IMG/VR virus record: IMGVR_UViG_3300027749_000089
Coordinates: 1 to 64,000 of that record
Reading direction: 5' to 3' (one strand)
Length of the DNA: 64,000 nucleotides
From: a virus
Below the pieces are notes generated by a model that was not told the origin of the DNA, did not search any database, and saw nothing but the letters and a program-made list of their open reading frames with translations. This document shows positions 1 to 8,823 of this stretch, piece by piece. The position numbers were made by a program, and so were the translations under genes. Within the stretch, counting starts at the first letter, position 1; the number at the start of each line of letters is the position of its first letter.

Positions 1-1736
1 TATTCAATAATGCTAGACAAGTTATGGGCCATAATATTATTGGATATGACTTAGCTGTATTAAAGAAGCTATTCAACTATGAATTACCTAAGAGCGTAAA
101 AGCTGTAGATACACTTATTCTTTCACAAGTATTAGACTATAGGAGGTTCGGTAATGATGGGCATGGTTTAAAACGTTGGGGTGAATATTTAGAGTTTCCT
201 AAACAAGAGTTTGAAGACTGGTCTGGATATTCTGAACAAATGGGTGAATACTGTAATAACGACGTTTCATTAAATGTCAAGGTATTAGAGATATTAAAGC
301 AGGAATTGATTGAAGTATCTGAGAAGAGTCCTAAAGTCAAAGAGTATATTAAAGTAGAACATGCAGTAAGTAAGTGGTGTGCCGAAGCTAACTTAGGTGG
401 ATGGCCATTTGATTTAGATAAAGCACATATACTTTATGACAGATTACAAGTTGAAATGGATAAGACGTATACTGCACTAAATTCAAAACTTGGCTTAAAG
501 ATAGTAGCTGTAGATAAGAAGCTTGGTATCGTAGAAGTAAAGAAACCTAAATATAGAAAGGATGGATGCTATGATGCGCATACTGCTCGGTGGTTTGATG
601 TGGATCCTTGGAGTGGGTTCGATCCTGATGATCGCATTGTCGATGGTGAGTATTGCCGTATTCAAGTCGAACCTCTTAGTCTGGACTCGGTAACAGATGT
701 AAAGATATTTCTATATAGACATGGTTGGGTTCCTAATGATTGGAATTATAAAGCTGATCCTATTACAGGAAGAAAAGCGAAAACTACACCTAAGATTACA
801 GAAGATAGTTTAGAATTCTTAGGTGGTGATGGTAAGCTCTATAAAGATTTCTTAACTGCAAAGGCTAGGCAAGGCATTTTAACAACATGGTTAAAGAACG
901 TAGATGATCAAGGCAATCTGCACGGTGATTGTATGACAATTGGTACACCAAGTATGCGTGCTAGACACTCTATTATTGTTAACGTACCGTCAGGAGATTC
1001 ACCATGGGGTAGAGAAATGCGGGAATTGTTCTCATGTAAGCCTGGCTGGAAGCTTGTAGGCTGTGATTCATCAGGTAATCAAGCTAGAGGCTTAGCACAT
1101 TATTTGAATGATGCTACATTTATTGATACATTACTTAATGGTGATATTCATCAATTTAATGCTGATATTCTTACTGAGATCTTAAAGAAAGATTTAAAGA
1201 TGAATTATGTAGTACCAAGAGCGAATGCTAAGAGAATTCTATACGCATTCTTATTCGGAGCCAGTGGTGGAAAGCTTTGGTCATATATCTTTGGCTCACA
1301 TGATGATGTTAAAGGTAAGAAATTGAAATCAGGCTTTATTAAAGCTGTTCCAGGATTTAAAGACTTAAGTGAAAAGTTGGAGAAAATATATGGAAACACA
1401 AAGAAAAAGGGAGATGGTTATATCCCTAGCTTGGCTGGTACTCGTGTGTATGTTGACAGCTTCCATAAGCTTCTTGTCTATCTACTGCAATCAGCAGAGA
1501 AAATTACTTGCGGAGCAGCATGTATGCTTGCAATGGAGCGACTCGAATCTGCAGGAATTCCGTACCAACCCTTGATTATGATGCATGATGAGATTGATTT
1601 TATGGTACCTGAAGAGTTTGCTGAACAAGCAGCTGAGATAGGTAAACAAGCGTTTGCAGACGGCCCTAAACTATTTGGTGTGGAGATTATGGATGGAAGC
1701 GGAAAGATCGGTAACGATTGGTACGAGATTCACTAG
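1..1736 (+). CDS. DNA polymerase, family A (T7-type) with 3'-5' exonuclease; 5' end lies before the window
   Basis: Frame is open upstream of ATG 24. ExoII GHNIIGYDL, ExoIII YCNNDV, motif A GCDSSGNQARGLAHY, motif B RANAKRILYAFLFG, motif C MHDEIDF. Confidence 0.95.
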   Translation, partial: FNNARQVMGHNIIGYDLAVLKKLFNYELPKSVKAVDTLILSQVLDYRRFGNDGHGLKRWGEYLEFPKQEFEDWSGYSEQMGEYCNNDVSLNVKVLEILKQELIEVSEKSPKVKEYIKVEHAVSKWCAEANLGGWPFDLDKAHILYDRLQVEMDKTYTALNSKLGLKIVAVDKKLGIVEVKKPKYRKDGCYDAHTARWFDVDPWSGFDPDDRIVDGEYCRIQVEPLSLDSVTDVKIFLYRHGWVPNDWNYKADPITGRKAKTTPKITEDSLEFLGGDGKLYKDFLTAKARQGILTTWLKNVDDQGNLHGDCMTIGTPSMRARHSIIVNVPSGDSPWGREMRELFSCKPGWKLVGCDSSGNQARGLAHYLNDATFIDTLLNGDIHQFNADILTEILKKDLKMNYVVPRANAKRILYAFLFGASGGKLWSYIFGSHDDVKGKKLKSGFIKAVPGFKDLSEKLEKIYGNTKKKGDGYIPSLAGTRVYVDSFHKLLVYLLQSAEKITCGAACMLAMERLESAGIPYQPLIMMHDEIDFMVPEEFAEQAAEIGKQAFADGPKLFGVEIMDGSGKIGNDWYEIH

Positions 1737-2286
1737 TATTGATAGTGTATTATCAATGCAGGATTTTCTGCGATTAAGACAATATTGTAGAACATCAAAT
1801 TATAAACGAATGCCTAAAGGTAATGGCACATTTGTTTATTATGCTGACATGCCTAGAGATATTAATGATAATATTAACAAAATTATTAATGAAACACTAG
1901 GAAAGAATTTAAAGGATATCATATCATTTGTTCGTTTGAATACTAGCAAACATGACACAGAATTTAGAATACATGCGGATCAAGACATATTTGGTCGAAC
2001 ACCAACTGTAGCCGCGCTCTTTTACTTAGACAGTAGTGATATAACAGGCACAGCTTTCTTCAGTCATCCTGTGTATGGCAACTATGCTAAAGCTAAAGAG
2101 CATTATATATTTGACGAAGATGATGGACAATGGTCAATAGATGAATTCTTTAACGCAAAGGCAAATACATTGTTGATCTATGATGCAAAGCTATATCACG
2201 GTCGACAGCCATGGTTATCTGAAGGCATCAATCAAAGAAACGGCAGAATTGTAATAGTTAAATTTATGAGAGAAAATGATGAATAA
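1654..2286 (+). CDS. 2OG-Fe(II) dioxygenase superfamily protein (true start probably downstream, e.g. 1693 or 1756)
   Basis: HxD (RIHAD), AALFYL, GTAFF, distal His in NTLLIYDAKLYHG and 2OG-binding Arg (RIVIVKF), in double-stranded beta-helix order. Confidence 0.75.
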   Translation: MQTALNYLVWRLWMEAERSVTIGTRFTSIDSVLSMQDFLRLRQYCRTSNYKRMPKGNGTFVYYADMPRDINDNINKIINETLGKNLKDIISFVRLNTSKHDTEFRIHADQDIFGRTPTVAALFYLDSSDITGTAFFSHPVYGNYAKAKEHYIFDEDDGQWSIDEFFNAKANTLLIYDAKLYHGRQPWLSEGINQRNGRIVIVKFMRENDE

Positions 2287-2584
2287 AGAGCAATATTTAC
2301 TTGTATGTTTAATGGAAGAACTATCAGAAGCTGCACAGGAAGCATCTAAATGTTTAAGGTTTACACTTGATCATAAATACGAGCTGTATGAAAAGACTAA
2401 CAAAGAAAAGCTTAAATCAGAACTTTCTGATGTACAAGCTATCTTAATACTTCTTTCATCAGAATGCAATATTCGATTGAATTGTGAAAGAGTACCTGAC
2501 ATTAGAGACAAAATTGATCGCACATTATTAAGAATGAAATTGTCTCAGGAAATGGGAGTTTTAGATGCTGATAGCATTGATTGA
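2276..2584 (+). CDS. MazG-like nucleotide pyrophosphohydrolase
   Basis: All-alpha NTP-PPase acidic pattern EELSE...ELSDV (LMEELSEAAQEASKCLRF; KSELSDVQA). Confidence 0.7.
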   Translation: MMNKEQYLLVCLMEELSEAAQEASKCLRFTLDHKYELYEKTNKEKLKSELSDVQAILILLSSECNIRLNCERVPDIRDKIDRTLLRMKLSQEMGVLDADSID

Positions 2585-3356
2585 TGGTGATATACTTGCC
2601 CACAACTGCTGTTACAACCGTACTGATGGTGTCACATATCTTGATGATGAGGGTAACGTAATACCTCAAGTATTCACTAAAGAAGAAGATACAGAGTATC
2701 GTAAAGCAATATGGCATAACTTTGAAAAAATGCTAGAAGTAATCATGGAAGAAACATTTGCAAGTGATTATTGTATGGCTGTTAAGGGTGAAGGCAACTA
2801 TAGAGACGAAATATTTGTAGATTATAAGAAGCATCGTACAGTTGGTCCGCCTAACTTCTTTGTGCCGTTTGTAAGAAAGATGGCAGTAATGCAAGAGATT
2901 GCTGTAGCTGCAGATGGACGCGAAGCTGATGATCTGTTACGTATATGGGCAAATGAATGCAGGTCTCATAATATAGATTATGTTATATGCTCAATAGATA
3001 AGGATCTATTAATGATTCCTGGAAAGCACTATAATATAAAGCATAAAACAATTACAGAAGTCTCAGAGCTTGATGCTAAAAGAAACTTCTACGAACAAGT
3101 ATTAAAAGGTGATGCCACGGATAATATACCTGGCATTTGGAAAATGGGCCCAGTGAAAGCATCAAAAGCTTTAGCACATTGCACAACAGATGAGGAATTC
3201 CAAGAGGCAGTAATTGAACAATATATAAAAGCTAATGGTGATGAATGGCCTGAATATTTATTAGTTAATGCAAAGCTCATCAACATCCAGAATACATATG
3301 ATGATTATTTCTGTTTTGATAACTGGCCATTAGCACAGGAAATTAGAGATGGCTGA
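2565..3356 (+). CDS. 5'-3' exonuclease / flap endonuclease (T7 gp6-like)
   Basis: LIDGD, EADDL, SIDKDLLMIPG and GDATDNIPGI motifs. Confidence 0.92.
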   Translation: MLIALIDGDILAHNCCYNRTDGVTYLDDEGNVIPQVFTKEEDTEYRKAIWHNFEKMLEVIMEETFASDYCMAVKGEGNYRDEIFVDYKKHRTVGPPNFFVPFVRKMAVMQEIAVAADGREADDLLRIWANECRSHNIDYVICSIDKDLLMIPGKHYNIKHKTITEVSELDAKRNFYEQVLKGDATDNIPGIWKMGPVKASKALAHCTTDEEFQEAVIEQYIKANGDEWPEYLLVNAKLINIQNTYDDYFCFDNWPLAQEIRDG

Positions 3357-3864
3357 ATTTAAAGGTAAAATAAACCACACCGTGTCCAATTCAGATATTA
3401 GTAAATTTGATAATGGACACTGGTGTTTTAATAGACAGATGAACGTAGGAAATAAACAATATGTGGGATTCATCTACATTATATATGATACGGTCTTGGA
3501 TAGATTCTATCTTGGCAAGAAGAATTACAGATCATATGGTAAAGCTACTTATGGACAAGAATCTGATTGGCGTAGATATAAATCTAGCTCTAACAGTTTG
3601 GCGGCTCATTTCGCTAGCAGACCGAAGAAAGAGTTCAAGTTTATTGTCCTTGATGAATACACTACCAAAGGCTCCTTAGCTTGGGCAGAGACATGGTCAT
3701 TATGCCATGTTGAAACCCCAGTAACACTCAAGTGGTATAATAAACAAATCGAGAAAGTATCATGGGATGTCAAAGAAAATGTATCACACGATCACAGAGT
3801 ACGATTAACTATGATTACTAAAATGTCACCAGAATGTTTAATTCAATGGCCAAAAGATGGGTAA
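3349..3864 (+). CDS. GIY-YIG-like endonuclease
   Basis: GFIYII...FYLGKK N-terminal signature, followed by Y-x-SS and conserved-looking E and YN residues. Confidence 0.65.
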   Translation: MAEFKGKINHTVSNSDISKFDNGHWCFNRQMNVGNKQYVGFIYIIYDTVLDRFYLGKKNYRSYGKATYGQESDWRRYKSSSNSLAAHFASRPKKEFKFIVLDEYTTKGSLAWAETWSLCHVETPVTLKWYNKQIEKVSWDVKENVSHDHRVRLTMITKMSPECLIQWPKDG

Positions 3865-5473
3865 AATAGTAATTCACAATCAACCATGTCCAAATCCAGA
3901 TTGCGGTTCTTCAGATGCACTTCAGATCTATGAGAACGGCACAGCTACATGCTTTAGCTGTCAAACTTGGTTTCCCGCTAACAAAAATAAGGAGTTCACT
4001 CACGTGGAAAAACCTAAGAAACCTTTTGTACTAGATGTAGAAAAACTAAGAGTTGCTGGCTTTAAAGATAGAAAGATATCTAAGGAAGTAGCGGAATTCT
4101 TTGATGTTAAATCAGCATTTAATGAAGATGGCGAAGTAGATACACACTATTATCCTTACGGCGAAGGTGTTTATAAAGTTAGAAAGTTACCTAAGATGTT
4201 TTCATGTATAGGTAAACCAACAACTTTATTCGGTATGGATAAGTTTGGCACAGGCGGTAAGAGGTTGATTGTAACTGAGGGTGAATTAGATGCAATGGCA
4301 GTAGCACAAGCATCATTAGATAAGTATGGGAAAATTTATCCTGTAGTCTCAATCCCCTCAGCATCTAATGTTAAGACACTCTTAGCGCATAGAGATTGGG
4401 TAAGATCATTTGACACAGTAGTATTATGTCTTGATACTGATGAAGCTGGTGAAAAAGCTAAAGCAGAAGCTATTAAATATATAGGTGCTGATAAAGTAAG
4501 ATTAGCTAAATTACCTGTTAAAGATCCAAGTCAAATGTTACTTGAGAAAGGCGGCCAACAATTATTAATTGCTATTTGGGACGCGTCTAAATACACGCCT
4601 GTAGGTATCTTAGGTAGAGATGAATTATGGGAAGCTTTAAAAGCTTACAATGATATTGAATCTGTACCATATCCCATGTGTTTAGATGCATTAAATACTA
4701 AGACTAAGGGTATGCGTGAAAATGAGATTGTACTATTTACTTCTGGTACAGGCTCAGGTAAGTCAACTATTCTCAGAGAAATTGTGTGGCATATTATAGA
4801 TACCACCCCTGCAATGGTAGGTATTGTATCATTAGAAGAATCACCTGCTGAGACTACACGTAAACTCTCAGGTATTCCGTTGAATATCAATCCTTCATAT
4901 AGAGAGTTAACAGAGGATGAATTAGAATCAGGCTTTAGATCAGTGTTTGGCGATGATAGAATTATGGTATTAGACCATCAAGGTTCTATGGAAGATTCAA
5001 CTCTGTTTGAAAAGCTAGAGTATATGGCATTATCAGGTTGTAAATATCTATTCATCGATCACATTACAATCCTGGTTTCAGAAGGTGTAGATGGGTTAAC
5101 CGGTAATGAAGCCATAGATAAAACTATGAATGATTTACTTAGGTTATGTAAAAGATATCCCGTATGGATTGGCTTAGTATCACATTTGAGAAAGACACCT
5201 ACAGGTAAGACATCATTTGAAGAAGGTCAATTACCATCTTTAGATGATATTAAGGGTTCAGGCTCAATTAAACAGATTTCAAATGATATCATAGCATTTG
5301 CTCGTGATATGTCACATGATGATGATAGAATAAGAAATCATATTAAGATGAGAGTACTGAAAAGCAGATTCACAGGTCTAACAGGAAACGTACCAGGTGT
5401 TGATTATGACTATCCAACAGGTAGGTTATCAGCTTCAATACTATTACACCCAGATGATTTTATGGAGATTTAA
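3857..5473 (+). CDS. DNA primase-helicase (T7 gp4-like)
   Basis: Zn finger CPNPDC..CFSC, TOPRIM TEGELDA and DTDEAG, Walker A SGTGSGKST, DHITIL, SHLRK, DIKGSGSIKQ. Confidence 0.95.
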   Translation: MGKIVIHNQPCPNPDCGSSDALQIYENGTATCFSCQTWFPANKNKEFTHVEKPKKPFVLDVEKLRVAGFKDRKISKEVAEFFDVKSAFNEDGEVDTHYYPYGEGVYKVRKLPKMFSCIGKPTTLFGMDKFGTGGKRLIVTEGELDAMAVAQASLDKYGKIYPVVSIPSASNVKTLLAHRDWVRSFDTVVLCLDTDEAGEKAKAEAIKYIGADKVRLAKLPVKDPSQMLLEKGGQQLLIAIWDASKYTPVGILGRDELWEALKAYNDIESVPYPMCLDALNTKTKGMRENEIVLFTSGTGSGKSTILREIVWHIIDTTPAMVGIVSLEESPAETTRKLSGIPLNINPSYRELTEDELESGFRSVFGDDRIMVLDHQGSMEDSTLFEKLEYMALSGCKYLFIDHITILVSEGVDGLTGNEAIDKTMNDLLRLCKRYPVWIGLVSHLRKTPTGKTSFEEGQLPSLDDIKGSGSIKQISNDIIAFARDMSHDDDRIRNHIKMRVLKSRFTGLTGNVPGVDYDYPTGRLSASILLHPDDFMEI

Positions 5474-6472
5474 ATGGCACAAATTCTTGAAGAAAGAGAA
5501 TGCTACGGTACAGACTATCCAGCGTTAATTAACTTCGCTGAAGAACAAACGTCCATACTGTGGACAGCAGATGAAATTGAAGTGGAAAAAGATATCCATG
5601 AATTACGAACAAATTGTACAGCAGCAGAATACCACGGGATTGTCAGTGTTCTTTTGCTTTTTGTACACTATGAAGTTAATGTTGGAAATAACTACTGGCG
5701 TGATTATATATGTAAGCATTTTCCACGTCCAGATGTTCAAAGAATGGCTTCAGTATTTGCAATGTTTGAACTGAACATTCATGCACCATTCTATAATAAA
5801 ATTAATGAATTGCTAGGGTTAGATAACCCTGAGTTTTATCTAGCATACTTAGATGACCCCATTCTTAAAGATAGAATGGAATGGTTAGAGAAAGTAGCTA
5901 CACAATCAGAAACAACCTATGATAAGTTAAAATCAGTAGGTGTGTTTAGTATGATTGAAGGCGCTATCCTTTATTCTAGTTTTGCATTCTTAAAGCACTT
6001 TAATAATAATGGCAAAAATAAATTTCAAAATATTAATGCAGGAATTAATTTCTCCGCTATTGACGAGAACATTCATAGTCAAGCTGGTGCTTATTTGTTT
6101 AACACTCTATATCATGAAGCAATAGAAGCTGAGGAATACTTAGCACATGAAAGACTTGCTAATGAACTAGAGATTACTGCATGGATTTTGTTTGAACATG
6201 AGAAACAAATCATTAAAAAGATCTTTGATAAAGGAGATATCCCTGGTATCAACGCATTAATGCTAGAGAATTTTGTACAATCTAGGTTAGATATATGTCT
6301 AGAAAGATTAGGCTATCCAGCTATATTTGAACCTAAGTATAATCCAATTGCTGATTGGTTTTATTTAGATATTGAATCAAGTACATTACATGACACTTTC
6401 ATTGCGCAAGGCAATGATTATCGTAGGGATTGGGCAGAAGCCAAATTTACATGGACACCAAAAAATGTATAG
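5474..6472 (+). CDS. nrdB: Ribonucleotide reductase class I beta subunit
   Basis: W-x3-E near the N-terminus, ELNIHAPFY (E-x2-H plus radical Tyr), IEGAIL, DENIH; adjacent to nrdA. Confidence 0.93.
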   Translation: MAQILEERECYGTDYPALINFAEEQTSILWTADEIEVEKDIHELRTNCTAAEYHGIVSVLLLFVHYEVNVGNNYWRDYICKHFPRPDVQRMASVFAMFELNIHAPFYNKINELLGLDNPEFYLAYLDDPILKDRMEWLEKVATQSETTYDKLKSVGVFSMIEGAILYSSFAFLKHFNNNGKNKFQNINAGINFSAIDENIHSQAGAYLFNTLYHEAIEAEEYLAHERLANELEITAWILFEHEKQIIKKIFDKGDIPGINALMLENFVQSRLDICLERLGYPAIFEPKYNPIADWFYLDIESSTLHDTFIAQGNDYRRDWAEAKFTWTPKNV

Positions 6473-8165
6473 AGAGTTAAGTTTAGAACGTAAACGATTA
6501 CAAGCGGAGGGTAGATTACCACCTTGGATTATCACAAACAGTTGGCAATTATTAAAAGAAAAGTACGTATCAGAGAAGTATCCTGATTTGTTATCAATAT
6601 ACACACGAATAGCTAGACATGCAGCATCCTATACACCTGATCCAGTCACATGGGAAGATAAGTTCTTTGATATCATGTGGAAAGGTTGGTTAATCCCTAG
6701 TACGCCTGTGATGGCAAATATGGGTACAGGTTTCGGATGCCCTGTCAGTTGTTCAGGTGGCTCAATAGAGGATCAAGTATATGACTTTTATGAAAAACAA
6801 AAAGAAGTTGCAGTACTTAGTCAACAAGGTTACGGAACGTCTAACTACCTTGGAAATATCCGTTCTAGAGGTAGCGCTATCAGTGGTGTTGCTGGTAGTG
6901 CTTCTGGTGTATTGCCTGTATTTAAAGGCTTTGTAAAGGTAGCACAAGATATCTCTCAGGGATCACAAAGACGTGGTGCATGGGCAGGTTACTTAGAAAT
7001 TGGCCATGCTGACTTTGATGAGCTTGTGACACACATCACAAAGCACCCTGATGATGCCAATGTAGGTTGGATTATCAATGATGCGTTTATTGAACGCCTT
7101 AACAACGGTGATGCAGATGCTGTCAGACGTTACCAGCGTGCAATGAAGCTTCGACTGCTTGGTAAAGGTTACTTCTTCTTTATCGATAAAGTAAATCGTG
7201 CTAATCCTCCAATGTATGTAGCTAAAGGGTTAGAAGTTAAAGCTTCAAACTTATGTACTGAAATAGCATTATTCAGTGGTAAATATAAAGAAGAAGAATA
7301 TACATTTGCATGTGTATTATCATCTATGAATGCATTATACTATGATGATTGGAGTAAGACAGATGCTGTATTCATTGCTACAGTGTTCTTAGATTGCGTT
7401 AACCAAGATCAAATTGAAATTGGTAAGAAACGTAAAGGTATGGAGCGTATTGTAAGGTTCTCTGAAAAATCTAGAGCATTAGGGTTAGGCATGCTAGGCT
7501 TCCACAGTTACTTACAAGAAAAGATGCTACCATTTGATTCATTTGAAGCTCACAATCTCAGTCAATCAATGTTCTATCACTTGTATGACAGAGCGCGAGA
7601 TGCATCAAGCTGGATGGCTCGTGAATGGGGTGAACCTGAATGGTGTCGTGGTCATGGAATGCGCAATACACATTTAATAGCTATTGCACCTAACTTATCA
7701 TCAGCATTATTTGCAGGGGGTATGTCACAAGGTATTGAACCAATCTACAAGAATGCATTTGTACAAAACACTGCTGGCGGCAAAATGTTTAGATCTTCAC
7801 CTAAGCTTAGAAAAATCATTAAGTCGCACGGTAAAGATGTAACAGCTGCAATGAAGCGTATTGTAGACGATAATGGTTCAGTTCAGAATGAAGACTATTT
7901 AACTGATGAAGAAAAGACTGTGTTTAAAACAGCATTTGAAATTTCACCTGAAGCAATTATTAGACTTGCATCTGCTCGTCAAAGATATATTGATCAGGCT
8001 CAATCTATTAACCTTTTCTTTAGTGCTGATGAAAGTGAAGCTTATATCTCACAGATTCATCAAATGGCATTTGAAGATGAAGGAATTAAGTCACTTTATT
8101 ATATTAGGACTACTAATGGAATTAAATCTAATGCAGCAGGGGAGTGTCTTGCCTGTCATGCTTAG
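6465..8165 (+). CDS. nrdA: Ribonucleotide reductase class I alpha subunit, no ATP cone (start at ATG 6465)
   Basis: PSTPV, SC, RRGA, SNLCTEI, IAPNLSS, SLYY and C-terminal CLAC. Confidence 0.95.
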   Translation: MYRELSLERKRLQAEGRLPPWIITNSWQLLKEKYVSEKYPDLLSIYTRIARHAASYTPDPVTWEDKFFDIMWKGWLIPSTPVMANMGTGFGCPVSCSGGSIEDQVYDFYEKQKEVAVLSQQGYGTSNYLGNIRSRGSAISGVAGSASGVLPVFKGFVKVAQDISQGSQRRGAWAGYLEIGHADFDELVTHITKHPDDANVGWIINDAFIERLNNGDADAVRRYQRAMKLRLLGKGYFFFIDKVNRANPPMYVAKGLEVKASNLCTEIALFSGKYKEEEYTFACVLSSMNALYYDDWSKTDAVFIATVFLDCVNQDQIEIGKKRKGMERIVRFSEKSRALGLGMLGFHSYLQEKMLPFDSFEAHNLSQSMFYHLYDRARDASSWMAREWGEPEWCRGHGMRNTHLIAIAPNLSSALFAGGMSQGIEPIYKNAFVQNTAGGKMFRSSPKLRKIIKSHGKDVTAAMKRIVDDNGSVQNEDYLTDEEKTVFKTAFEISPEAIIRLASARQRYIDQAQSINLFFSADESEAYISQIHQMAFEDEGIKSLYYIRTTNGIKSNAAGECLACHA

Positions 8166-8307
8166 CCCAAGTCATTTCGTGCTGAGCGGTAGTAGCAGAG
8201 ATCGCAGAAAACAGTTACGGGCGTTGTATCGTAAGTATAAGTATGTTCAAGCATATCAATGGGGAACTACCGGTTATCGTATTAATGAATATTTAGCGTG
8301 GAATTAG
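8158..8307 (+). CDS. Small basic hypothetical protein (49 aa, MLSPSHFVLSGSSRDRRKQLRALYRKYK...)
   Basis: ATG overlaps the end of nrdA and the ORF fills the gap to the next gene. The longer 7906 call overlaps nrdA. Confidence 0.55.
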   Translation: MLSPSHFVLSGSSRDRRKQLRALYRKYKYVQAYQWGTTGYRINEYLAWN

Positions 8308-8714
8308 TTATGACAATTGGACCAAGCAGAAAAACAGATTATCCTAGAATTTTTAAAGATACAAAGTGGGATCGTAATTCGCGAAGTGATGATTTCTTTC
8401 TTTGTGACAACATGAATAAATTTGCAAAAGAATTTGATTTGCAAAAACGTATGCCTTTAACTGGACGCCAAGCTAATATATTACATCGAAAATGGAAATA
8501 TTATGCAGATCATTTAGATAGATTTAGATGTAAAGATGGCCGTATTGTTGTAATTACAAGCCCCTACCCAGGCCGTAGACCTGAACTAGAATCACATGGT
8601 CGAACAAGTAATATTCCGGGTCTTGATAGATATATTGATTTGTATTATGAACAAGCTGAAACATATATTATGGTTTTTGATAATGCTGACGTGTTTAGAA
8701 ACTATTTAAAATAA
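8298..8714 (+). CDS. Hypothetical protein
   Basis: 138-aa ORF followed by an intrinsic terminator. Confidence 0.7.
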   Translation: MELVMTIGPSRKTDYPRIFKDTKWDRNSRSDDFFLCDNMNKFAKEFDLQKRMPLTGRQANILHRKWKYYADHLDRFRCKDGRIVVITSPYPGRRPELESHGRTSNIPGLDRYIDLYYEQAETYIMVFDNADVFRNYLK

Positions 8715-8721
8715 TCTTACT

Positions 8722-8743
8722 GGGGAACTTCGGTTCCCCTTTT
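8722..8743 (+). terminator. Rho-independent terminator
   Basis: GGGGAAC-TTCG-GTTCCCC followed by TTTT. Confidence 0.85.
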
Positions 8744-8757
8744 AATCGGAGAAAATT

Positions 8758-8823
8758 ATGTATAAACAATTAGCTGAACTGGCGTGGGATATTATTAAAA
8801 TCTTATTGAGGATTAAGAAATGA
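8758..8823 (+). CDS. 21-aa amphipathic peptide MYKQLAELAWDIIKILLRIKK
   Basis: GGAG RBS upstream; stop overlaps the ligase ATG (ATGA coupling). Confidence 0.5.
   Translation: MYKQLAELAWDIIKILLRIKK

Noticed and set aside
7906-8157. N-terminal extension of ORF 7906-8307 and similar upstream extensions (6372, 15562, 19162, 39156, 43306)
   Set aside because: They overlap upstream genes or regulatory DNA; downstream ATGs with an RBS or stop-start coupling are better starts.
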